From the NCBI RefSeq assembly GCF_027484945.1, contig NZ_JAIXRZ010000003.1:8988-72987 (forward strand): 64,000 nt of DNA, read 5' to 3'. Below, in pieces: positions 10,786 through 20,115 of this stretch. Source of the stretch: Flavobacterium sp. (GTDB lineage: Bacteria; Bacteroidota; Bacteroidia; Flavobacteriales; Flavobacteriaceae). Position 1 is the stretch's first letter; every line of letters starts with the position of its first letter. The notes beneath the pieces are model-generated. The model was given only the letters and a program-made list of their open reading frames with translations, ran no database searches and was not told where the DNA came from. Position numbers and translations under genes: made by a program.

Positions 10786-11787
10786 TTAATTATTTAACAT
10801 TAACCACAATCGGTCTTTTAATTCTTGGATTCCTTGCTGCGCAACAGATGAGATAAACAAATACGGAATACCCTTACATTCTTTATCCAAGAGCAATTTC
10901 ATTTCAGATTTCAACTCATCATCAAGCATATCGCTTTTTGAAATAACCAACAAACGGTTTTTATCTAATAATTCTGGATTATAGCGTCGTAATTCATCCA
11001 ACAAAATATCGTATTCTTTTTTGATATCATCGGCATCTGCAGGAACTAAAAACAACAAGGTAGAATTGCGTTCGATGTGGCGAAGAAAATAATGCCCCAA
11101 GCCTTTTCCTTCTGCGGCACCTTCAATAATTCCTGGGATGTCGGCCATTACAAAGGACTGAAAATCCCGATAGGATACTATTCCTAAGTTGGGTTTTAAC
11201 GTGGTAAACGGATAATCTGCAATTTTAGGTTTTGCCGAAGTCATTACCGATAAAAGTGTCGATTTACCTGCATTGGGAAAACCTACTAAACCAACATCTG
11301 CCAATACTTTTAATTCCAATATAATGTCGACTTCTTCCGGAGGCATTCCAGGCTGGGAATAGCGTGGAGTTTGATTAGTAGCTGTTCGAAAATGCCAATT
11401 TCCTAAACCTCCTTTACCACCGCGTGCCACAATTTTTTCTTCACCGTGTTCGGTAATTTCAAACAACACCTCTTCTGTTTCTTGGTCTTTTACCACAGTT
11501 CCCAAAGGCACTTCGATGATTTTATCTTCTCCATCATGACCGGTACTTCGACTACTCCCGCCATCACCCCCGTGACCGGCTTTCACATGTTTCGTAAACT
11601 TCAAATGAAAAAGCGTCCACAGGTTTTTGTTGCCGCGAAGTACCACATGTCCGCCACGACCACCATCGCCGCCATCGGGACCACCTTTTTCAATAAACTT
11701 TTCGCGATGTAAATGCGTAGACCCTTTTCCTCCTTTTCCAGAGCAAACATAAATCTTTACATAATCAACAAAATTGCCTTCGGTCAT
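10786..11787 (-). CDS. obgE: GTPase ObgE/CgtA
   Basis: Gly-rich Obg fold ([12 protein letters not shown]), [19 protein letters not shown]. Confidence 0.96.
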   Translation of the reverse strand: MTEGNFVDYVKIYVCSGKGGKGSTHLHREKFIEKGGPDGGDGGRGGHVVLRGNKNLWTLFHLKFTKHVKAGHGGDGGSSRSTGHDGEDKIIEVPLGTVVKDQETEEVLFEITEHGEEKIVARGGKGGLGNWHFRTATNQTPRYSQPGMPPEEVDIILELKVLADVGLVGFPNAGKSTLLSVMTSAKPKIADYPFTTLKPNLGIVSYRDFQSFVMADIPGIIEGAAEGKGLGHYFLRHIERNSTLLFLVPADADDIKKEYDILLDELRRYNPELLDKNRLLVISKSDMLDDELKSEMKLLLDKECKGIPYLFISSVAQQGIQELKDRLWLMLNN

Positions 11788-11878
11788 AATTGTAATCTTT
11801 AGCAAGTTGCCTTGCGCATATTGAATTCATCGTACTAATGCTAAGCAACCCTAGGATATACTTTTGAAAGCAATACTA

Positions 11879-13159
11879 CTAGTTATCGCTTAAATAGGGT
11901 GCTATTTTAATTTTTTCTACTTTGGCTCCGGCTGTTTCCAAAATGGTAAATCGCATTTTATTCCAAATAAGTTCCTCCCCTTTTTTCGGAATATATCCCA
12001 TTTCGGTGGTAATCAAACCGCTTATGGTTGTTACATCATAATCGCCAATTAACTCATCCATATCGAAATACGTCAAGAAATCATGCAAGGAATATTGTCC
12101 ATCCACGGTCCATGAACCATCCGCTTCGGTAATTAATTGGTATTCGTCATCATCAAAATCAGATGCATCGCCAACCAAAGCTTCCAAAATATCATTTAAA
12201 GTAATAATTCCTTGAAAAATTCCATGTTCATCAACAATTAACGCTTGGAAATTTTTGGTCGATTTAAAATGTTCTAATGCTTTAAAGGCCGAAGTATGCT
12301 CAATCAAATACGTAGCTTCCCGCGTAATTTCATTTAATTTAAAATCCTTGCACTCCAAACCAACCAACAAATCTTTCAAAAGTACGACACCGGTAACTTC
12401 ATCCAAATTATCCTTACAAACTGGGTACACTGAATGCATGGTATTGAAAATAATAGCTTTTACCGTTTCAAAACTTGCCGTTTGCGTTAAATAAACGATA
12501 TCGTTTCGGTGGGTCATTAACGAATTTACTTTTCGATCGCCAATATGAAACACGCGCTCCACAATCTCTTGCTCAATCTCTTGTACTTCACCAATTTCAG
12601 TTCCTTCTTTGATAATTGCTTTGATTTCTTCTTCGGTAACTTTACCGTCGGCGGTAGGTTTGATTTGGAAAATTTTTAGCAATCCTTCCGTAGATAAAGT
12701 CAATAACCATATAAAAGGCATGGTTATTTTGGACACCAACTGCATAGGAACTGCGACTGCTTTGGCAATACTTTCGGGAAAATTAAGTCCGATACGTTTG
12801 GGCAATAATTCTCCTAAAACCAATGAGAAAAAGGTTAATACAATCACACCAATAACCGTGGCTAATGAATTGGCATACGGCTGTAAGATCGAAAAACTGG
12901 CCACAAATTCGTATACATCATGCGTTATTTTATGACTGGAATATACCCCAGTTAGAATTCCGATTAAGGTAATTCCGATTTGTACTGTTGACAAAAATGT
13001 ATTGGGGGAATTGGCCAATTTTAAGGCAACTTTTGCATGTGAATTGCCTTTTTTAGCCGCGGTTTCTAAACGATTTTTTCGCGCAGAAATGAGTGCAATT
13101 TCCGACATAGAAAACAAGCCATTCAAAAGAATCAACAATAAAATAATCAGTATTTCCAT
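11879..13159 (-). CDS. Hemolysin-family / CorC-HlyC (DUF21-CBS-CBS-CorC) membrane protein
   Basis: NGLFSMSEIAL, LGELLPK, CBS pair, VDEHG...GIITLNDILE. Confidence 0.88.
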   Translation of the reverse strand: MEILIILLLILLNGLFSMSEIALISARKNRLETAAKKGNSHAKVALKLANSPNTFLSTVQIGITLIGILTGVYSSHKITHDVYEFVASFSILQPYANSLATVIGVIVLTFFSLVLGELLPKRIGLNFPESIAKAVAVPMQLVSKITMPFIWLLTLSTEGLLKIFQIKPTADGKVTEEEIKAIIKEGTEIGEVQEIEQEIVERVFHIGDRKVNSLMTHRNDIVYLTQTASFETVKAIIFNTMHSVYPVCKDNLDEVTGVVLLKDLLVGLECKDFKLNEITREATYLIEHTSAFKALEHFKSTKNFQALIVDEHGIFQGIITLNDILEALVGDASDFDDDEYQLITEADGSWTVDGQYSLHDFLTYFDMDELIGDYDVTTISGLITTEMGYIPKKGEELIWNKMRFTILETAGAKVEKIKIAPYLSDN

Positions 13160-13171
13160 AGTGTTTAGAAC

Positions 13172-13214
13172 AAAAAAAAAGAGCCCTCGTCCCGAAGTCT
13201 GAAAATGCTCTTTT
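13172..13214 (-). terminator. Terminator-like hairpin between adk and the CorC-family gene (possible attenuator)
   Basis: Minus strand AAAAGAGC...cUUCGg...GCUCUUUU with U9 tract ending 12 nt before ATG. Confidence 0.55.
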
Positions 13215-13275
13215 CTAGATTACAAATATCTTAAATAATATTGAATTGTAGTTATATATTTAAAGGGATTCCTTT

Positions 13276-13848
13276 TTAAAAAGTATCCAATACTGCACTT
13301 AAACGGGCCGTCACTTCTTGAATTGTACCAATTCCATCCACCGCAAAAAACTTGCCTTGCTCTCGATAATAATGCATTAAAGGAGCTGTTTTTTCATTGT
13401 ATTCTTGGTAGCGATTGCGAATTTTCTCCTCGTCTTGATCGTCTATACGACCGGATGTTTTTCCGCGTTCTAATAAACGGGCAACTAAGATTTCATCATC
13501 CGCTTCCAAAGCAACTGTTGCGCGAATATTTTGTCCTTTTGTCGCTAAAAAAGCGTCCAACGCTTCGGCTTGAGCAAGGGTACGGGGAAAGCCATCAAAC
13601 AAAAAACCAGCAGCAGTAGGATTTTGATCTACTTCGCTTTGCAACATTTGAATCGTAACTTCATCGGGCACCAAATCGCCTTTATCCATGTATGTTTTGG
13701 CTAATTTCCCTAATTCAGTCTCGTTTTTAATATTAAAACGGAAAATATCTCCGGTTGATAAATGCATCAAATTGTATTTTTCTTTCAAAAATTCGGCCTG
13801 GGTTCCTTTTCCTGCGCCAGGTTTCCCAAAAAGAACGATGTTAATCAT
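13276..13848 (-). CDS. adk: Adenylate kinase (short LID variant)
   Basis: GKPGAGKGTQ, STGDIFR, LFDGFPRT, R.DD. Confidence 0.96.
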   Translation of the reverse strand: MINIVLFGKPGAGKGTQAEFLKEKYNLMHLSTGDIFRFNIKNETELGKLAKTYMDKGDLVPDEVTIQMLQSEVDQNPTAAGFLFDGFPRTLAQAEALDAFLATKGQNIRATVALEADDEILVARLLERGKTSGRIDDQDEEKIRNRYQEYNEKTAPLMHYYREQGKFFAVDGIGTIQEVTARLSAVLDTF

Positions 13849-13862
13849 GGTAATTTATAAGT

Positions 13863-13988
13863 TTAGTTGTTAGTCTTTAGTTGTTAGTCGTTAGTCGTTG
13901 GTCTTTAGTAGTTGGTCTTTAGTCGTTAGTTGTTAGTCTTTAGTCGTTAGTCTTTAGTCGTTAGTCTTTGGTCTTTAGTCGTTGGTTG
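13863..13988. repeat. Degenerate heptamer tandem array, 18 units TTRGTHK
   Basis: Counted in register: TTAGTTG, TTAGTCT, TTAGTCG, TTGGTCT etc.; last two units lie inside hpt. Confidence 0.95.
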
Positions 13989-14511
13989 CTATTTGGTATA
14001 CATCGGGTAGATTACGCCCGAGACCGTTGTAATCCAGACCATAGCCAACGATAAATTTGTTGGGAATGCGAATACCTACGTAATCAATTTTTAAATCATG
14101 CTTACAGGCATTCGGTTTAAAAAATAAGGCGGCGATTTTAAGATGTTTTACCTTATGTTGCTTCAACAATTGTTTCAATGCCACAATTGTATTGCCTGTA
14201 TCAATAATATCTTCAACAATAACTACAGTGCGGCCTTCTAGATTTTCATTAATACCAATCAATTGTTTTATCGCATTCGTAGTTGCCGTTCCTTCATAGG
14301 ATGCTACTTTTACAAAACTCACTTCGCACATGCCCCTATAATTTTTCATTAAATCCCCTAAAACCATAAATGACCCGTTAAGAACTCCAATAAAAACTGG
14401 AGTTTCTTCAAAAAAATCGGATGCCATTTGCTTGGCCATATTTTGAATTGCAAATTGGATTTCTTCTGAAGAAATATAGGGGACAAAAGTTTTATCGTGA
14501 AGGTGAATCAT
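13975..14511 (-). CDS. hpt: Hypoxanthine phosphoribosyltransferase
   Basis: GVLNGS, SY.G, PRPP motif VIVEDIIDTGNT, FIVGYGLDY. Confidence 0.92.
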   Translation of the reverse strand: MIHLHDKTFVPYISSEEIQFAIQNMAKQMASDFFEETPVFIGVLNGSFMVLGDLMKNYRGMCEVSFVKVASYEGTATTNAIKQLIGINENLEGRTVVIVEDIIDTGNTIVALKQLLKQHKVKHLKIAALFFKPNACKHDLKIDYVGIRIPNKFIVGYGLDYNGLGRNLPDVYQIATND

Positions 14512-14609
14512 TCGGTTTTGAAGTGAATACTAAAGGTGCAAATTTAACAACTAATCGCAATTAAAAAACCTGTCGTTTTGAAAAAATAGAAATTTGTTAT
14601 TTTTACCTA

Positions 14610-15155
14610 ATGAATATCGAACATTACACCCAAATTACATCAATTAAAGCCTATCGGGCAACCCGGGATTACTACAAACTTCGCGCTTTTGAAGATGCTG
14701 AATTCTTAGTAAGTTTAGTGGCAATAGGATGTGATTTGCAAGATAAATTTCATTACAAAGCACTTTCAATTTTAGAATTAGTTGCTAAAGAACGCATTGC
14801 ACTATTTCTACCCTATTTGGATCAATTCTGTTCTGTACTTTCAAAATTTACTCAAGACCCCGCTGTTCGTCCAGCTTCAAAAATTTGTTTGTTTTTAGCA
14901 ACCAAAAAAGGAGTTATTCTTACACCATTTCAAGAAGAGAAAATTATAGAGGGATGTCTCGATTTTATCATTCGTGATGCTAAAGTAGCAACTGTAGCCT
15001 ATGCCCTGCGAACATTATTTCGTTTGGGACAAAAACAGGATTGGGTACATGACGAACTTCGACAATTACTATCGCGCGAACTCAGCAACCCCTCACCCGG
15101 AATGAAGTTTGTAGTAAAAGAAACACTGCAGCGACTTGGAAATGATACGGTTTGA
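14610..15155 (+). CDS. Hypothetical alpha-helical (HEAT/ARM-like) protein
   Basis: 181-aa ORF upstream of purK; helical pattern, no catalytic motif. Confidence 0.65.
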   Translation: MNIEHYTQITSIKAYRATRDYYKLRAFEDAEFLVSLVAIGCDLQDKFHYKALSILELVAKERIALFLPYLDQFCSVLSKFTQDPAVRPASKICLFLATKKGVILTPFQEEKIIEGCLDFIIRDAKVATVAYALRTLFRLGQKQDWVHDELRQLLSRELSNPSPGMKFVVKETLQRLGNDTV

Positions 15156-15160
15156 AAATC

Positions 15161-15208
15161 AACTGATCCGAAGGTAAACTTATCTACCTACAGCGGAGTG
15201 GCACAGTT
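15161..15208 (+). ncRNA. Candidate structured RNA, Flavo-1-like (unverified; strand uncertain)
   Basis: Nested pairing AACTG/CAGTT, TCCG/CGGA, AGGTA/TACCT; GC-richer than flanks; no U-tract. Confidence 0.4.
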
Positions 15209-15313
15209 AGGGTACTAATTCGAATTGAGAAATTAGAAAATTTGAGAAATTGAATTTAAGGTTTGATGCGAATTGTTGCTTTAAAACCACTATCAATTAC
15301 GCCTCAAAAATGC

Positions 15314-15321
15314 TATATTTG
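15314..15321 (+). promoter_or_regulatory. Bacteroidota -7 promoter element for purK
   Basis: TATATTTG matches TAnnTTTG, 21 nt before ATG 15343. Confidence 0.6.
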
Positions 15322-15342
15322 CCCCTGAAACAACAACACACC

Positions 15343-16500
15343 ATGAATTATTTCTCTTCTGATTTTCGTTTGGGAATTTTAGGCGGTGGGCAATTGGGTA
15401 AAATGCTCCTAAACGACACGCGCAAGTTTGATATCCAAACATTTGTTCTTGATCCAAGTGCTGATGCCCCTTCGCGTTTGGGTTGTAACGCCTTTTACCA
15501 AGGGAGCTTATTAGAATATGAAACGGTCTATAACTTTGGAAAAATGGTTAATGTTTTGACTGTTGAAATAGAAAATGTCAATCTCGACGCGTTAGAGCAA
15601 TTAGAAGCTGAAGGCTTACCCGTTTATCCTTCTCCAAAAACCTTACGATTAATTCAAAACAAAGGCAAACAGAAAGATTTTTATGTAGAACATGGTATTC
15701 CTACTTCGGCACATGAACGCTTTGTTGGTTTAGAAGCGTTGAAAGAAGCCCTTGCAAATGACCAATTAAATTTTCCATTTGTGTGGAAAGCGGCTACTGG
15801 TGGCTATGATGGTAATGGCGTAAAAATTTGTCGATCGACGTTGGATTTGCACGAACTTCCAGATGGAGAATGTGTAGTAGAAGCCCTTGTTAATTTTAAA
15901 AATGAATTGGCAGTGATTGTTGCACGTTCAGTTAATGGAGCGGTTAAAACCTATCCCGTTGTTGAAATGGAATTTCATCCCGAAGCCAACCAAGTAGAGT
16001 ATGTAATTTGTCCGGCTCGAATAGCGGAGACAGTCGCACAAAAAGCACAAGAAGTGGCCTTGAAAGTTTCTGAAGCTTTTCAGCATGTGGGATTATTGGC
16101 AGTTGAGCTTTTTCAAACCCAAGACGATGAAATTTTAGTCAACGAAGTGGCCCCTCGCCCGCACAACTCAGGACATTACAGTATTGAAGCAAGTTATACG
16201 TCGCAATTTGAAAATCATTTGCGCGCTATTTTAAATTTACCTTTAGGTAATACCGACAGCAAAGTGGCCGGCATCATGGTTAACTTGGTCGGTGAAGAAG
16301 GCTATTCAGGTCAAGTGATTTATGAAAATATTGATGCCATTTTAGCAATTGATGGGGTTACACCTCATATTTATGGCAAACGCGAAACGCGTCCCTTTCG
16401 AAAAATGGGTCACGTGACGATTGTGAATGAAAATATGACTGAAGCCCGACGTATAGCTGAAGAAGTGAAGCATAGCATTCGTGTGATTAGTGGGCAGTAG
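15343..16500 (+). CDS. purK: N5-carboxyaminoimidazole ribonucleotide synthase
   Basis: GILGGGQLGKM, GYDGNG, NEVAPRPHNSGH, RKMGH; start moved to ATG 15343. Confidence 0.95.
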   Translation: MNYFSSDFRLGILGGGQLGKMLLNDTRKFDIQTFVLDPSADAPSRLGCNAFYQGSLLEYETVYNFGKMVNVLTVEIENVNLDALEQLEAEGLPVYPSPKTLRLIQNKGKQKDFYVEHGIPTSAHERFVGLEALKEALANDQLNFPFVWKAATGGYDGNGVKICRSTLDLHELPDGECVVEALVNFKNELAVIVARSVNGAVKTYPVVEMEFHPEANQVEYVICPARIAETVAQKAQEVALKVSEAFQHVGLLAVELFQTQDDEILVNEVAPRPHNSGHYSIEASYTSQFENHLRAILNLPLGNTDSKVAGIMVNLVGEEGYSGQVIYENIDAILAIDGVTPHIYGKRETRPFRKMGHVTIVNENMTEARRIAEEVKHSIRVISGQ

Positions 16501-16551
16501 GCAGTGTTCAGTTTGCAGTGTTCAGTGAGTAGTGGGCAGTGGGCAGTAGGA
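16489..16551. repeat. Degenerate heptamer tandem array, 9 units AGTNNNY
   Basis: AGTGGGC AGTAGGC AGTGTTC AGTTTGC AGTGTTC AGTGAGT AGTGGGC AGTGGGC AGTAGGA; contains purK stop. Confidence 0.88.
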
Positions 16552-16614
16552 GTTAGTGGAGATTTGTTTTGAAAAATAGTGCAACAATTCCATTTCTTTT
16601 TCGTTTCTAAATTT

Positions 16615-17391
16615 ATGAAGAAAATAAGTTACCTAATCACATTATTGACATTTGGAAGTATTCAATGTCAGGAAAATAATTTTATACCTGAAGGACAGAT
16701 TGCCTTAGATCGAACTACCTATTTCGAATTTGTGCAAAAAAAGCGTCCCAAAACGCAACTCTTTTTGCCTGATGGAAAGGAATTGCCATTGAAAAAGTTG
16801 GATTCACTGAACAAAACAATACATGATCAGCCTTTTACCACGATTTTTTATGCCGATACCCTTCAGAATAAAGCATCGTTGGTTTTAAAATATCTTAGTA
16901 AAGAGGATGTTAAACTGCGTAACGACAAATTTCGGCAACAGCAAAAAGACTTTGAAAAAAACCGCCGAAAGCTAATCGGTTCTACCCTAACTGAATTATC
17001 CTTAACCGATATAGAAGGTAAAACCTATACCTTGGAGGATTTGAAAGGGAAAGCCATATTTCTCAACTTTTGGTTTACCCAATGCAAACCGTGTATCGAA
17101 GAAATGCCTGATTTGAATACACTGAAAGAAAAATACAAAAATCAAAATGTTGTTTTCTTTGCGGTGACGTACAACGAGAAAAAGTTGATTCAAGATTTTT
17201 TAAAGCGAACATCATTAGAACTCACGATCATTCCCAACGACCGCAAAACCATTGATCAATTTCATATTGCGTTTTACCCCACCAATATTTTAATCGATAC
17301 GGAAGGCAAAGTGCTTTTCATCAACGAACTCATGGGCGGGAATGGATTGAAAGACATCAAAAAGTTGTTAAACAAAATGTTTCCCGATTAG
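16615..17391 (+). CDS. TlpA/ResA-like thiol-disulfide oxidoreductase, exported
   Basis: Signal peptide, LNFWFTQCKPC (CxxC), YPT cis-Pro loop. Confidence 0.85.
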   Translation: MKKISYLITLLTFGSIQCQENNFIPEGQIALDRTTYFEFVQKKRPKTQLFLPDGKELPLKKLDSLNKTIHDQPFTTIFYADTLQNKASLVLKYLSKEDVKLRNDKFRQQQKDFEKNRRKLIGSTLTELSLTDIEGKTYTLEDLKGKAIFLNFWFTQCKPCIEEMPDLNTLKEKYKNQNVVFFAVTYNEKKLIQDFLKRTSLELTIIPNDRKTIDQFHIAFYPTNILIDTEGKVLFINELMGGNGLKDIKKLLNKMFPD

Positions 17392-17476
17392 ACGTTAAAG
17401 TCTTTTATCAATTGGCTAATAAATTGTACCTTCGTATCCTATTATTCAACAGATAAAATTTAGCATTTATAATCGT

Positions 17477-17959
17477 ATGAAAGTAGCCATCGTTATGGGA
17501 AGTAAAAGTGATCTGCCGGTTATGCAGGAAGCAATTGCTATACTAAATTCATTTGGTATCCCTACAGAAGTGGACATTGTGTCGGCCCATCGCACCCCTG
17601 AAAAATTGTTCGATTTTAGTTCCACCGCCCACCTCCGCGGAATCAATGTGATCATTGCGGGAGCGGGAGGAGCAGCCCATTTGCCCGGAATGGTGGCGGC
17701 TATGAGTCCGCTACCTGTCATTGGCGTTCCTATAAAATCAAGCAATTCAATTGACGGTTGGGATTCGGTACTTTCAATTTTACAAATGCCTGGAGGTGTC
17801 CCTGTGGCTACCGTTGCTTTAAATGGTGCAAAAAACGCAGGAATATTGGCTGCACAAATTTTAGGCAGTCAAAATCCGGAAATCCTTCAGCAAATGGTTT
17901 CGTATAAAAATGAATTGAAGGAGGCGGTGATTAAAGCTGCTGAATCCCTTGAAGAATAA
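17477..17959 (+). CDS. purE: N5-CAIR mutase
   Basis: MGSKSD, SAHRTP, GAGGAAHLPG, QMPGGVPVATV. Confidence 0.96.
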   Translation: MKVAIVMGSKSDLPVMQEAIAILNSFGIPTEVDIVSAHRTPEKLFDFSSTAHLRGINVIIAGAGGAAHLPGMVAAMSPLPVIGVPIKSSNSIDGWDSVLSILQMPGGVPVATVALNGAKNAGILAAQILGSQNPEILQQMVSYKNELKEAVIKAAESLEE

Positions 17960-18074
17960 GCTCCTAAGCTAGATTTTTTATCATTTCAAAAAATTAACGA
18001 ATAAACCTCCAATAGTAACACGCTTCACTTAGCAAGTAGGGTTGTGTTGACCACTATTATTTTGAGAATTAATT

Positions 18075-20093
18075 ATGTTTACAGAAAAATTCAATACCCC
18101 TTACACTGCAGCGCCATTTAGTCAGATTCAATTGGACGATTACATCCCTGCCTTTGAAGCTAATATTGCACATGCGCGTGCTGAAATAGATACCCTAGTA
18201 AACAATCCGGAAGCACCCACATTTGAAAACACTATTGAAGCATTGGACTATTCGGGTCAGGCCCTGGAGCGTTTGACTTCGCTTTTTTTTAATTTAAATT
18301 CGGCTGAAACGAGCGATACGATGCAAAAAATCGCCCAAGAAGTATCGCCCAAGTTAACGGCGTTTGGAAATGACATTGCCTTAAATGAAACCTTATTTCA
18401 AAGGGTAAAAGCGGTTTATGATCAACGGGGATCTTTATCGATTTCTTCGGAACAATTCATGTTATTGGAAAAAAAATACAAAGGATTTAGTCGGAACGGA
18501 GCTTTTTTAGCAGAAGACCAAAAAAGTCGCTTGCGTGAGATTGACACCGAATTGGCCCAACTCAAGTTAACGTTTGGCGAAAATGTGTTGGCCGAAACGA
18601 ATAGTTATTTCAAACACGTAACCCATTCTGAAGATTTGGCCGGTTTACCTGAAGGTGCGAAAGAAGCTGCTGCTGCACTAGCACAATCCAAAGGAATAGA
18701 AGGCTGGGTGTTTACCTTAGATTTTCCAAGTTATATGCCATTGATCACCTATGCCGACAACCGCGAATTACGCAAAGAAATAGCGATTGCCTTTGGAAAA
18801 AAAGCCTTTCAAGACAATAGTCATAACAACACTGAAATACTCAAAAAAATAGTCGCTTTACGTCATGAACGTGCGCAATTATTGGGATATGCTACACACG
18901 CACATTTTGTTTTAGAAGAACGAATGGCGCAACATCCGGATCAAGTAAAATCGTTTTTGAATGATTTATTAGCCAAAGCAAAACCCGCTGCCCAACGTGA
19001 ATTTGCGCAATTATCGGCTTTCGCGAAAGAAAAAGACGGATTGGATCATTTAGAAAAATGGGACGGTGCTTATTATACTGAAAAATTAAAACAACAATTA
19101 TTCAATTTGGATGATGAATTGTTGAAGCCCTATTTTAAATTGGAAAATGTCCTAAATGGAGCGTTTACTATAGCTCAAAAACTCTTTGATCTTCAGTTTC
19201 ACGAAGTCAATACCATTGATACATACCACCCTGATGTGCTAACCTATGAGGTACGAGGAAAAGATAATGATTTCGTTGCGCTTTTCTATGCCGATTTTTT
19301 TCCCCGCAAAGGAAAACGTCCGGGCGCATGGATGACTTCATATAAACCACAGTATAGGGAAGCAGGAGTAAACGAAAGACCGCATGTGTCGATTGTGTGT
19401 AATTTCACACCACCTACTCCTTCAAAACCTTCTTTGTTAACCTTCAATGAAGTAACCACATTATTCCATGAATTCGGTCATGCCTTACACGGGATGTTGG
19501 CGAATACGACCTATCCTAGTTTATCGGGAACCTCGGTGTATTGGGACTTTGTTGAATTACCGAGTCAGGTCATGGAGAATTGGTGTTACGAACCCGAGGC
19601 ATTGGCTTTATTTGCCCATCATTATGAAACAGGCGAAGTGATTCCGCAAGCTTATGTTGACAAAATCAAGGAAAGTGCCAATTTCATGGAGGGCATGGCA
19701 ACCGTAAGGCAACTGAGCTTCGGTTTATTGGACATGGCCTATCATGCGCAAATTCCCGTAATTGAGGATGTCAAAGCCTTTGAAGTGGCAGCTATGCACG
19801 AGACTGCCTTATATCCCGATGTAACTGAAAATTGTATGAGTTCGTCGTTTTCACATATTTTCCAAGGCGGCTATTCGTCTGGGTACTATAGTTATAAATG
19901 GGCCGAAGTGCTCGATGCCGATGCCTTTGCTTATTTTCAAGAAAAGGGAATCTTTAACAAAGAAGTGGCTACACGATTTAAAGACACGGTTTTATCCAAA
20001 GGAGGAACAGAACAACCGATGGCGTTGTACAAACGTTTTCGTGGCCAAGAACCCCAACCGGATGCCTTGTTGAAAAGAGCGGGACTTTTGTAA
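18075..20093 (+). CDS. dcp: M3 family metallopeptidase (peptidyl-dipeptidase Dcp-like)
   Basis: GKRPGAWM, FHEFGHALH, DFVELPSQ, HIF.GGY..GYYSY. Confidence 0.88.
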   Translation: MFTEKFNTPYTAAPFSQIQLDDYIPAFEANIAHARAEIDTLVNNPEAPTFENTIEALDYSGQALERLTSLFFNLNSAETSDTMQKIAQEVSPKLTAFGNDIALNETLFQRVKAVYDQRGSLSISSEQFMLLEKKYKGFSRNGAFLAEDQKSRLREIDTELAQLKLTFGENVLAETNSYFKHVTHSEDLAGLPEGAKEAAAALAQSKGIEGWVFTLDFPSYMPLITYADNRELRKEIAIAFGKKAFQDNSHNNTEILKKIVALRHERAQLLGYATHAHFVLEERMAQHPDQVKSFLNDLLAKAKPAAQREFAQLSAFAKEKDGLDHLEKWDGAYYTEKLKQQLFNLDDELLKPYFKLENVLNGAFTIAQKLFDLQFHEVNTIDTYHPDVLTYEVRGKDNDFVALFYADFFPRKGKRPGAWMTSYKPQYREAGVNERPHVSIVCNFTPPTPSKPSLLTFNEVTTLFHEFGHALHGMLANTTYPSLSGTSVYWDFVELPSQVMENWCYEPEALALFAHHYETGEVIPQAYVDKIKESANFMEGMATVRQLSFGLLDMAYHAQIPVIEDVKAFEVAAMHETALYPDVTENCMSSSFSHIFQGGYSSGYYSYKWAEVLDADAFAYFQEKGIFNKEVATRFKDTVLSKGGTEQPMALYKRFRGQEPQPDALLKRAGLL

Positions 20094-20115
20094 TACTGTT
20101 AATGTAGTAATGGGA

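Noticed and set aside
13863-13988. CRISPR array
   Set aside because: 7-nt tandem units with no unique spacers, and no cas genes in the window.
15161-15342. Purine, ZTP or PRPP riboswitch for purK
   Set aside because: No match to those consensus cores, and a -7 promoter element lies downstream of the hairpin, 21 nt before the ATG.
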